Of a stretch of DNA of 64,000 nt, positions 1 through 6,919 are shown in pieces. The notes under the pieces are model-generated. The model did not search any database. It was given only the letters and a program-made list of their open reading frames with translations, and was not told the DNA's origin. The DNA is from Acutalibacteraceae bacterium (GTDB taxonomy: Bacteria; Bacillota; Clostridia; Oscillospirales; Acutalibacteraceae), in NCBI GenBank assembly GCA_045536235.1, contig JAZSND010000036.1, positions 18,890-82,889 on the forward strand, given 5' to 3'. Every line of letters starts with the position of its first letter. The stretch's first letter is position 1. The position numbers were made by a program, and so were the translations under genes.

Positions 1-1017
1 ACACTCAAGCTCAGCTATGAAGAAATGGAATCAATCGTTGAGCAGGGCCGTGAGCTTGGTACACACCTTTATATGTTCACAGGCGGCGAACCGCTTATCT
101 GTAAAAAAGAAATTTTAAAGCTCTGCGAAAAATATCCGCAGTGTGCTTTCCTTGCCTATACAAACGCTACACTTGTCGACCAACAATTCTGCGACGATAT
201 GAAGCGTGTCGGCAATCTTGCGCTTGCAGTCAGCATCGAGGGTGACGAAGCAAGCAACGACTACCGCAGAGGCGAAGGCGCATACAAAACCACCGTTGAG
301 GCTATGGAGCTGCTCAAGAAAAACGGCTGCCTTTTCGGTATATCTGTTTGCTACACAAGCAAGAACATTTATTCCGTCACAAGTGACGAATTCCTTGATG
401 ATATGATTTCAAAGGGCGTTATGTTCTCGCTCTATTTCAACTATATGCCCGTCGGTAAGTCTGCTGTGCCGGAGCTTATTCCCGACGCCGAGCAGCGCAA
501 ATACATGTACAAGCGTATACGTGAACTGCGAAACAGCAAAAAAGGTAAATCTCTTTTTGTTATGGATTTCCAGGGTGACGGCGAATATGTCGGCGGCTGT
601 ATTGCAGGCGGCAGAAACTATTTCCACATCAATTCCGCAGGCGATATTGAGCCTTGCGTATTCATCCATTTTTCCGATTCAAATATCCGCACACACACTC
701 TGCTTGAAGCGCTGCAGAATCCGCTGTTTAAAGCGTTCTACAAAAATCAGCCGTTTAACGATAACCATATGCGCCCGTGTCCGATGCTTGAAAACCCGGA
801 TTGCCTTTGCAAAATGATATCTGAAACAGGCGCAAAGTCAACCGACCTTATCGAAAAGGAATCAGCTGAGGAGCTTTGCGCAAAGTGCAGAAAGTTTGCT
901 GACGAATGGGCACCGGTTGCAAAAGAGGTCTGGGAATCCACAGAGCATAAGGATACCAAAACCTACTATTACCGCGACACACCCGAAGGCAAAGCAGAAC
1001 TTGAAAATAATAAATAA
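1..1017 (+). CDS. radical SAM protein, C-terminal part (5' end lies outside the window)
   Basis: The frame is open from nt 1. It has radical-SAM core-like motifs (FTGGEPL, SIEGDE). The Cys-rich C-terminal region (GGCIAGG...EPCVF...RPCPMLENPDCLC) resembles an auxiliary Fe-S (SPASM/twitch-like) domain. The CxxxCxxC motif would lie upstream of the window. Confidence 0.65.
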   Translation, partial: TLKLSYEEMESIVEQGRELGTHLYMFTGGEPLICKKEILKLCEKYPQCAFLAYTNATLVDQQFCDDMKRVGNLALAVSIEGDEASNDYRRGEGAYKTTVEAMELLKKNGCLFGISVCYTSKNIYSVTSDEFLDDMISKGVMFSLYFNYMPVGKSAVPELIPDAEQRKYMYKRIRELRNSKKGKSLFVMDFQGDGEYVGGCIAGGRNYFHINSAGDIEPCVFIHFSDSNIRTHTLLEALQNPLFKAFYKNQPFNDNHMRPCPMLENPDCLCKMISETGAKSTDLIEKESAEELCAKCRKFADEWAPVAKEVWESTEHKDTKTYYYRDTPEGKAELENNK

Positions 1018-1030
1018 CATTTAAAAATTA

Positions 1031-1103
1031 AAATGTCATTCTGAAGCAAAACCGAAGAATCTTAAAACTACAAAGATTCTTCACTTCGTTCAGAATGACA
1101 TTT
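1031..1103. terminator. long composite hairpin between convergent genes (bidirectional terminator candidate)
   Basis: The outer 15-bp stem is AAATGTCATTCTGAA (1031-1045) / TTCAGAATGACATTT (1089-1103). The inner 10-bp stem is GAAGAATCTT (1054-1063) / AAGATTCTTC (1073-1082). A/T-rich tracts flank it on both sides. Confidence 0.7.
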
Positions 1104-1110
1104 ATTTTTA

Positions 1111-1914
1111 TCAGAAATTATTTATATAATCTGTATAAACAGCTTGATCAAACTTACAGCCCATATTCTGATCATCATATTCAAATAACGTCATATTTTC
1201 GCCGAAATAATATCTTGAAAATTCATTCATTTCTTCACTCGAAACATCAATACCATTTATATTTATATTGATTTCTTCTTTAAAGCTTTCATCTTGCGGA
1301 AAAAGAAATTCATTTGTATATGCATTGTAAATTTTCTGAATTTTTCCATTATCAAGAATATAAACATTAGAATCACTGCAACCCATACCTGTATAATCAC
1401 CACAGATATAACCTTTACGCTCAAAATAACCTATATTACCAAAAGAACCGCCTTCACAAACTAATGAAACTAAATTATTGTTAAACGTAAAAATTTCTAC
1501 CGAACTTACATGAAAACCACCGGAAGAAACAAAAAGCTCAGGAATATCATTATCATCTATATAACCAAGATAAATTTTAGAAAATTCCGTATCAGAGAAA
1601 TAATTGTTATTCAGAAAATTAATATAAGCCTGTTTCCATGCATCTGTATTTTCAATGTTGATCTTATCAATTTCTTTTTTGACCTTAAGCTCAACATCTG
1701 TTTTAAATAATAAACTTTCGGTTATATTCTCAGTCAGCACTTCTTCAGATTGAGTAGTAAGTTCTTCATTATTTTCAGTCGTCACCTCTTCAGATTGAGT
1801 AATAAGTTCCGGTTTATTTTCTGCTTCATTATTGTCATTATTTAAATTAGTAATAACAAGTGCCGCTGAAAGTATAATTATAATAGCTACGAGTAAAATA
1901 ATAATTTTTTTCAT
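1111..1914 (-). CDS. hypothetical membrane-anchored protein
   Basis: I moved the start to ATG 1914, which has GAGGG about 7 nt upstream; the longer ORF would overlap the upstream gene. The N-terminal hydrophobic helix is KKIIILLVAIIIILSAALVI, followed by a Glu/Thr-rich linker. I recognise no family. Confidence 0.55.
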   Translation of the reverse strand: MKKIIILLVAIIIILSAALVITNLNNDNNEAENKPELITQSEEVTTENNEELTTQSEEVLTENITESLLFKTDVELKVKKEIDKINIENTDAWKQAYINFLNNNYFSDTEFSKIYLGYIDDNDIPELFVSSGGFHVSSVEIFTFNNNLVSLVCEGGSFGNIGYFERKGYICGDYTGMGCSDSNVYILDNGKIQKIYNAYTNEFLFPQDESFKEEINININGIDVSSEEMNEFSRYYFGENMTLFEYDDQNMGCKFDQAVYTDYINNF

Positions 1915-1924
1915 ATTTTTTCCC

Positions 1925-2677
1925 TCAGTATTCCAAATCTGCATAAATTGCAAAATGGTCGGATGAATAATTGCCGTTGATTTTATCTTTACATACTCTG
2001 TATTTATGCGCCTTTACTTTATCGTTTATAAAGATAAAATCTATTATGTGTCCCTCATGCTTTTCGGGGCAATCGTCATGGTATGTAAGGTAGTCCATTG
2101 AATCGGGTGCTTCAAATTTTGAATCATTCATGAACTTTATTATTTCGTTATATTCTCTGCCGTTCTGGAATGAATTAAAATCGCCCGAAAGGCTCAGCGG
2201 ATAATTCATCAGCGGCATAATTTTTTCTTTAAGAATCGGAATACTTTTATAAATCAAATCAAAATCGCAGTCCATATGCGTATTTACATGAACAAATTTT
2301 TTATCCTCTTTTTTATCGTAAAACAGCGCCCATGTACATATTCTGTTGTGGTACGATGTCCAGCATTTTGACATAACATCAGGTGTATCGGAATACCAGA
2401 AGTTGCCGCCATCAAGTACTTCAAAACGGTCTGTTTTATAAAAAATTGCGCTGTATTCGCTTTCGCCGCCTTTACTGTCACCTCTGCCGATACCGAAATA
2501 ATTCCAGCCGTCTAAATTTTTTGTCAGGTCAGCCATCCATTCGGGTGTAGCCTCCTGAACGCCGAGCAGCTCGCAGCCGCTCTGCAATATTTCAGTAACG
2601 CAATCGTCAACTCTGTCCCACTGTTCACGCTCGCCTACATTAGAACATCTTAAATTAAAAGACATTACACGTACCAT
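1925..2677 (-). CDS. endonuclease/exonuclease/phosphatase (EEP) family protein, cytoplasmic
   Basis: It has the EEP layout: N-terminal MSFNLR, internal GVQE, C-terminal SGDFN and a terminal SDHFAI motif. There is no signal peptide. AAGGAG lies upstream of ATG 2677. Confidence 0.75.
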   Translation of the reverse strand: MVRVMSFNLRCSNVGEREQWDRVDDCVTEILQSGCELLGVQEATPEWMADLTKNLDGWNYFGIGRGDSKGGESEYSAIFYKTDRFEVLDGGNFWYSDTPDVMSKCWTSYHNRICTWALFYDKKEDKKFVHVNTHMDCDFDLIYKSIPILKEKIMPLMNYPLSLSGDFNSFQNGREYNEIIKFMNDSKFEAPDSMDYLTYHDDCPEKHEGHIIDFIFINDKVKAHKYRVCKDKINGNYSSDHFAIYADLEY

Positions 2678-2694
2678 ATCTTTTTTACTCCTTT

Positions 2695-2745
2695 TTTAAC
2701 AATAACAGCTATTCTCTTTGAAAAAATTTTCAAAAAGAACAGCTG
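2695..2745 (-). terminator. rho-independent terminator candidate after the S4-domain gene
   Basis: On the minus strand there is a roughly 17-bp stem (CAGCTGTTCTTTTTGAA / TTCAAAGAGAATAGCTG, with two G-U pairs). It is followed by TTATTGTT. Confidence 0.5.
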
Positions 2746-2752
2746 CGTTTTT

Positions 2753-2998
2753 TTATTTTGCTTTAACTATTATTTTAAGGAAAGATAAACCGATTTCATC
2801 GCCGACGTGAAGCTTTTTGCCTCTCATCGTACAAACCTCACCGTTTACCTTAACCTCACCGTCCTGAATAATTATTTTTGCGTGACCGCCGCTCTGAACA
2901 GCATCTGCCAATTTCAGCGCCGAATCAAGGCGGATAAAATCAGTATCAATAAATATTTCACGAACGGGTTTTTCTTTTATTTTAGCTACAATCTTCAT
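2753..2998 (-). CDS. yaaA: S4-domain RNA-binding protein (YaaA-like)
   Basis: This 81-aa protein carries ...LKLADAVQSGGHAKIIIQDGEVKVNGEVCTMRGKKLHVGDEI, which matches the small S4 protein found immediately downstream of dnaN in Bacillota. Confidence 0.8.
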   Translation of the reverse strand: MKIVAKIKEKPVREIFIDTDFIRLDSALKLADAVQSGGHAKIIIQDGEVKVNGEVCTMRGKKLHVGDEIGLSFLKIIVKAK

Positions 2999-3004
2999 CT
3001 TTTA

Positions 3005-4111
3005 TCAGTCTTTCTTAAGTCGCATCGGAAGAATAAGGAACAGGAAATTATCGCCCTCAGTCGGGAGAATAAGAATCGGCGCTGAGCCTGAATTAAGCTC
3101 AATCTTAACCTCATCTGCATCGCATGCACGAAGTGCATCAAGCAGCAGCTTATTATTGAAGCCGATTTCTATTCTGTTACCCTCGTATTTGCAGGGGAAG
3201 CTGTCATTAGCAGTACCCAGAGCAGTAATTGATGAAATTCTGACCAGCTTATCGTCAAAAATAAATCTGACAGGGCTCTTGAATTTATCTGTGATAATAA
3301 GTGAAGTTCTGTCAATACTTTCAATCATTTCACGGGTGTTGACATAGGCTGTAGAAGCACATGTTGTGGGAATTGCGTTTTTGTAGTTCAAAAATTCGCC
3401 GTCAAGCAGACGTGAAACAAGCTGATAGTTACCTATTTCAAAAATGATGTGACGTTTGCCGACACCGAGTGAAATTGTTTCCTCATCGTCACCGATTAAT
3501 TTAATAACTTCATTAAGTGTTTTTGAAGGAACAACAAAGCTTAGTTCATCGCCAACATAATTTATTGTTTCAGTTCTCATTGCAAGGCGTGAACCGTCAA
3601 CAGCAACAAGGCGGATGAGATTCGGGGCAATCTCAAACTTAACGCCCTGATGAACAACCTTGCTGTCCTTAACAGAAACTGCAAAAATAGTCTGACGGAC
3701 CATATCCTTGAGCATCTTCTGCTCGATAACAACAGGATAGCCGCCGCTGACTGTGGGAAGCTCGGGAAATTCATTGCCGTCTATACCGATAAGTGAATAT
3801 TCGGCTTCGCCGCCACGGATAGTTGCAAGCAGCCTTTCATCAGTTTCAATATATACCTGTTCACCGGGTATTTTACGCACAATATCGCAAAGTATCTTTG
3901 CATTGAGTATAATTGCGCCCTGCTCCATTACACGGCAGGGAATTGAGGTTGTAATACCGACCTCAAGGTCATAGCCTGTTAAAAGCAATTCGTTGCCGAT
4001 TGCCTTAATCAGTATACCCTCAATTGCGGGAATTGTTGTTTTGGTCGATACTGCACGCTGAACGTTTAAGCATGCCTCACTGAGTACAGCGGTATCGCAA
4101 TAAATTTTCAT
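3005..4111 (-). CDS. dnaN: DNA polymerase III beta subunit (sliding clamp)
   Basis: It is 368 aa and sits directly downstream of dnaA. It has the typical three-domain clamp length and C-terminal ...ILPMRL. Confidence 0.93.
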   Translation of the reverse strand: MKIYCDTAVLSEACLNVQRAVSTKTTIPAIEGILIKAIGNELLLTGYDLEVGITTSIPCRVMEQGAIILNAKILCDIVRKIPGEQVYIETDERLLATIRGGEAEYSLIGIDGNEFPELPTVSGGYPVVIEQKMLKDMVRQTIFAVSVKDSKVVHQGVKFEIAPNLIRLVAVDGSRLAMRTETINYVGDELSFVVPSKTLNEVIKLIGDDEETISLGVGKRHIIFEIGNYQLVSRLLDGEFLNYKNAIPTTCASTAYVNTREMIESIDRTSLIITDKFKSPVRFIFDDKLVRISSITALGTANDSFPCKYEGNRIEIGFNNKLLLDALRACDADEVKIELNSGSAPILILPTEGDNFLFLILPMRLKKD

Positions 4112-4427
4112 TTTAATTGCCCCTTTTTAATGCTGCCTTTTTGACAGCTTAATTATTAGTTTAAATAGATAAACGGCAGAGATTATATGCCTGTTTAATT
4201 TTATAATGTTTTCGGTTTAGAATAAATATAATATATAATTATTCAGTAGTAGTAGTAGAGTGCGTGGATTGTGAGGAAAACTCCGCAAAGCTTTGAGTGT
4301 CTAAGAAAAACGGGATTTTTTTACTGTGGATTTTTTAAGAAAAGTTTTTTACACTTTCCACGGTAAAACTTTACATGCGGGTTAGGTGGAAAATTCAGTG
4401 TGGAATGTGAAGAAAACTGTGGAAAGT

Positions 4428-4468
4428 TGCAATGCAACACAAAATGCGCAAGGCAGGTTTAATCAAGG
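4428..4468 (+). repeat. 41-bp perfect direct repeat, copy 1 (inside candidate oriC)
   Basis: TGCAATGCAACACAAAATGCGCAAGGCAGGTTTAATCAAGG is identical to 4521-4561. Confidence 0.95.
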
Positions 4469-4520
4469 TGGAAAGTATGTTGCCCGGTAACTCTATGCAG
4501 ATTAAAAAAATAAGTAAAAC

Positions 4521-4561
4521 TGCAATGCAACACAAAATGCGCAAGGCAGGTTTAATCAAGG
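4521..4561 (+). repeat. 41-bp perfect direct repeat, copy 2 (inside candidate oriC)
   Basis: It is identical to 4428-4468, with a 93-bp period. Similarity continues imperfectly for about 20 more nt (GGAAA.TAT..GCCCGGTA). Confidence 0.95.
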
Positions 4562-4865
4562 CGGAAAATATATGCCCGGTAGCTTTACGGGAAAAAAGAA
4601 CTTTTTTAAGTCTTTATTAATTATACATAAATTAATATATCACAGTTTTTAATATTTTGAAAGATTAAATTTAAAAAAATTTAAATATCATAATCAATAT
4701 ATAATATCAGACAAAAAGACAGCCTTTTCAGACTGCCTTTTAATGAAAAATATTTTTAATAACAATCTCTTTTAAACCACACCGTTGATGTATCATTTAA
4801 AATTCGGATAATACATTTAAAAAGGCGTCATCAGTGTGATTTTAGCTCCGTCAGCGGATGCAACG

Positions 4866-6170
4866 TCACGATGCCTTGACGTTTTTCATAATGTCGGCAA
4901 TGATTGTTTTAAGAGAATAGTTGTTTTCTCTGTCATTTCCGATTTTCTTAACAGCGTACATAACGGAGGAATGGTCAGTCAGACCGAAAACCTCAGCAAT
5001 TTTTTTATTGGTGAGAGGTGTCATTTCCCGGATTATGTACATTGCTACATGACGGGGATAGGTAAACTTCGCATCGTGCTTTTTGCTCTTTATATCGGAA
5101 ACCTGAACACCGTAGGTGCGTGAAACCTCATCAATAATTTTGTCTATAAGCACGGGTGTCGGATCGCCCTCGCTGAAAATATCACGTATAGCTATCTGTG
5201 CAGTTGCCATGTTGGGCTCGGAGCCGTGAAGCGTAATCTGAGCCTGCATGTTTTTAACGGCACCCTCAAGCTGACGGATGTTGCTTTTAATTTTTTCCGC
5301 AATGAAAAGTGCAACCGTATCAGGCAGGTCAATGTTGAGTGATTTTGCCTTGCTCTTGACAATTGCAACTCTTGTTTCAACATCGGGCGGCTGAATATCC
5401 GCAATAAGTCCGCTTTCAAAGCGGTTGCGAAGTCGCTCCTCAAGTGTTGCCATTTCCTTTGGCGGACGGTCGGATGTGAGAACAATCTGGCTCTTTGCCT
5501 TTACAAGTGTGTCAAAAGTGTGGAAAAATTCAAGCTCAGTTGAAGTTTTACCTGCAATAAATTGAACGTCGTCAACAAGCAGTATATCCGCATTGCGGTA
5601 CTTGTTATGGAAAACAGACGTGTCACGTTTATTCTGCAGATAATCAATAAGCTCGTTCATAAAATCCTCGCTGCGGACATATATAATGTGCGCATCGGGA
5701 TTGTTTTTGCGGATTTCAACACAGATTGCATTGAGCAGATGAGTTTTGCCCAGACCTGAGTTACCGTGAATAAACAGAGGGTTATAGGTGTGGCCGGGGT
5801 CGGTTGCAACGGCAAGTGCTGCTGCGTGTGCAAATTTATTGGAATCGCCGACTATGAAATTGTCAAAGTTATATTCATTGCTTTCGCCAAGCTTTACTGC
5901 ACGGGGTTCGGGCTTTTTGGGCTTTTCAGCCGTCGGTACAATCGAAACGTTTACCCTGAAACCCATAATTTTTTCAAAGCAGTCCTCAACAAGTCCGATA
6001 AATTTTTCATTAAGAATTTTACAGCGAAACGGATCGTCGTTTAAGATAACCGTTTCGCCGTCAAAAGTGTCAAGTTTTAAGTGATCAAACCAGACAGCGT
6101 AAACAGTTTCAGAAGTATTCTTTTTAATTTCCGCTTTAACATTTTCCCAGAGTTCATATACTAAATCCAT
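4866..6170 (-). CDS. dnaA: chromosomal replication initiator protein DnaA
   Basis: It has the Walker A motif GNSGLGKTHL, AAA+ motifs and the C-terminal DNA-binding helix (...HSSVMYAVKKI). I chose the start at ATG 6170 (MDLVYELW...) because GGAG lies 6 nt upstream. The ORF-track start at 6287 has no RBS. Confidence 0.95.
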   Translation of the reverse strand: MDLVYELWENVKAEIKKNTSETVYAVWFDHLKLDTFDGETVILNDDPFRCKILNEKFIGLVEDCFEKIMGFRVNVSIVPTAEKPKKPEPRAVKLGESNEYNFDNFIVGDSNKFAHAAALAVATDPGHTYNPLFIHGNSGLGKTHLLNAICVEIRKNNPDAHIIYVRSEDFMNELIDYLQNKRDTSVFHNKYRNADILLVDDVQFIAGKTSTELEFFHTFDTLVKAKSQIVLTSDRPPKEMATLEERLRNRFESGLIADIQPPDVETRVAIVKSKAKSLNIDLPDTVALFIAEKIKSNIRQLEGAVKNMQAQITLHGSEPNMATAQIAIRDIFSEGDPTPVLIDKIIDEVSRTYGVQVSDIKSKKHDAKFTYPRHVAMYIIREMTPLTNKKIAEVFGLTDHSSVMYAVKKIGNDRENNYSLKTIIADIMKNVKAS

Positions 6171-6522
6171 ATTTTTCTCCATATCTTTCTTTTTTCTGTC
6201 GCTGCCAAAGCTGTTGCAGCCTATATTAAGGTAATATTCATTAAAAGGTTTATTATTACGTCCGTAAATACCATAAGAGTATATCATATTTCAATCTCCT
6301 TTTCAACTTTTGAAAATATGGGAAGTTTTCAACAACATCTTGGTTTGGTGCTAAAAAGTCCTCCCATAAATAGTGCTTACAGGCACTTTTTTTCCCCGAA
6401 AAGGTTGAATTTTTTGCAAAAAAAATAAAAAAAATAAATTTGGGTAATTTTTGGTTGTTTTTACCAAATAAAATTGCCCAAAAAGCAGCGGAAAAGATTT
6501 TCAAAAAAATTTGAAATAACTA

Positions 6523-6551
6523 TTGACAAAACGGAAATGATATAATATAAT
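6523..6551 (+). promoter_or_regulatory. sigma-A type promoter for the tRNA pair
   Basis: TTGACA (6523-6528), a 17-nt spacer, then TATAAT (6546-6551). It lies about 15 nt upstream of the first tRNA. Confidence 0.75.
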
Positions 6552-6566
6552 AAACAAGCATTTTGC

Positions 6567-6643
6567 GGCGGCATAGCTCAGTTGGCTAGAGCATTCGGTT
6601 CATACCCGGAGTGTCGTAGGTTCAAGTCCCACTGCCGCTACCA
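6567..6643 (+). tRNA. tRNA-Met (anticodon CAT), elongator type; a lysidine-modified tRNA-Ile2 cannot be excluded
   Basis: I folded the cloverleaf by hand. The acceptor stem is GGCGGCA/TGCCGCT, the anticodon loop is TTCATAC (CAT at 6601-6603), the T-loop is TTCAAGT, and CCA is encoded. There is one A-C mismatch in the T stem. It lacks the three G-C pairs of initiator tRNA. Confidence 0.85.
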
Positions 6644-6671
6644 AGCCAAAGCAAATGCTTTGGCTACACCT

Positions 6672-6746
6672 GGCCCGGTGGTCAAGCGGTCAAGACACCG
6701 CCCTTTCACGGCGGTAACACGAGTTCGATTCTCGTCCGGGTCACCA
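6672..6746 (+). tRNA. tRNA-Glu (anticodon TTC)
   Basis: GGCCCGGTGGTCAAGCGGTCAAGACACCGCCCTTTCACGGCGGTAACACGAGTTCGATTCTCGTCCGGGTCACCA. This is the classic Bacillota tRNA-Glu sequence, with CCA encoded. Confidence 0.93.
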
Positions 6747-6756
6747 CTCATCTGAT

Positions 6757-6800
6757 ATCCGAACTATTCTATGAAAACGGATTAGTTCGGGTATTTTTTT
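6757..6800 (+). terminator. rho-independent terminator after the tRNA pair
   Basis: A 10-bp stem, ATCCGAACTA (6757-6766) / TAGTTCGGGT (6783-6792), is followed by ATTTTTTT. Confidence 0.8.
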
Positions 6801-6820
6801 GTTAAAAAGTAAATTTAAAC

Positions 6821-6855
6821 GGCGATAGCCCGAGGGTTATCGCCGTTTATTTTTG
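6821..6855. terminator. second hairpin terminator (probably bidirectional, also serving the GH3 gene)
   Basis: The GGCGATAGCCC-GA-GGGTTATCGCC stem is followed by GTTTATTTTTG on the plus strand. On the minus strand it is followed by GTTTAAATTT. Confidence 0.7.
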
Positions 6856-6919
6856 TTATGCTGCAGAATTTCTGTATGTCAGAACTTTCAGTTTTTCACT
6901 AAAAAAGTTTGAACGGAGT

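Larger units (their letters stand above)
4112..4865. other. candidate oriC (dnaA-dnaN intergenic spacer)
   Basis: This is a 754-bp non-coding spacer. It holds a cluster of degenerate DnaA-box-like 9-mers at 4325-4475 (TGTGGATTT, CTTTCCACG, GGTGGAAAA, TGTGGAATG, TGTGGAAAG, GGTGGAAAG). A very AT-rich block follows at about 4611-4720. Confidence 0.6.

Noticed and set aside
4432-4620. A 62-aa ORF in the dnaA-dnaN spacer with an internally repeated peptide (MQHKMRKAGLIK twice).
   Set aside because: It is an artefact of the 41-bp direct repeat in the origin region. It has no RBS and lies among DnaA-box-like sites.
6171-6287. N-terminal extensions offered by the ORF track for dnaA (to 6287). The same applies to murA (from 59481), the zinc-ribbon protein (to 48300), the SDR (to 49266), lipoprotein 62759, membrane protein 10673, zapA (GTG 26690) and ORF 1953.
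   Set aside because: In each case the downstream start has a proper RBS and gives the canonical family N-terminus. The extension overlaps a neighbouring gene or promoter.
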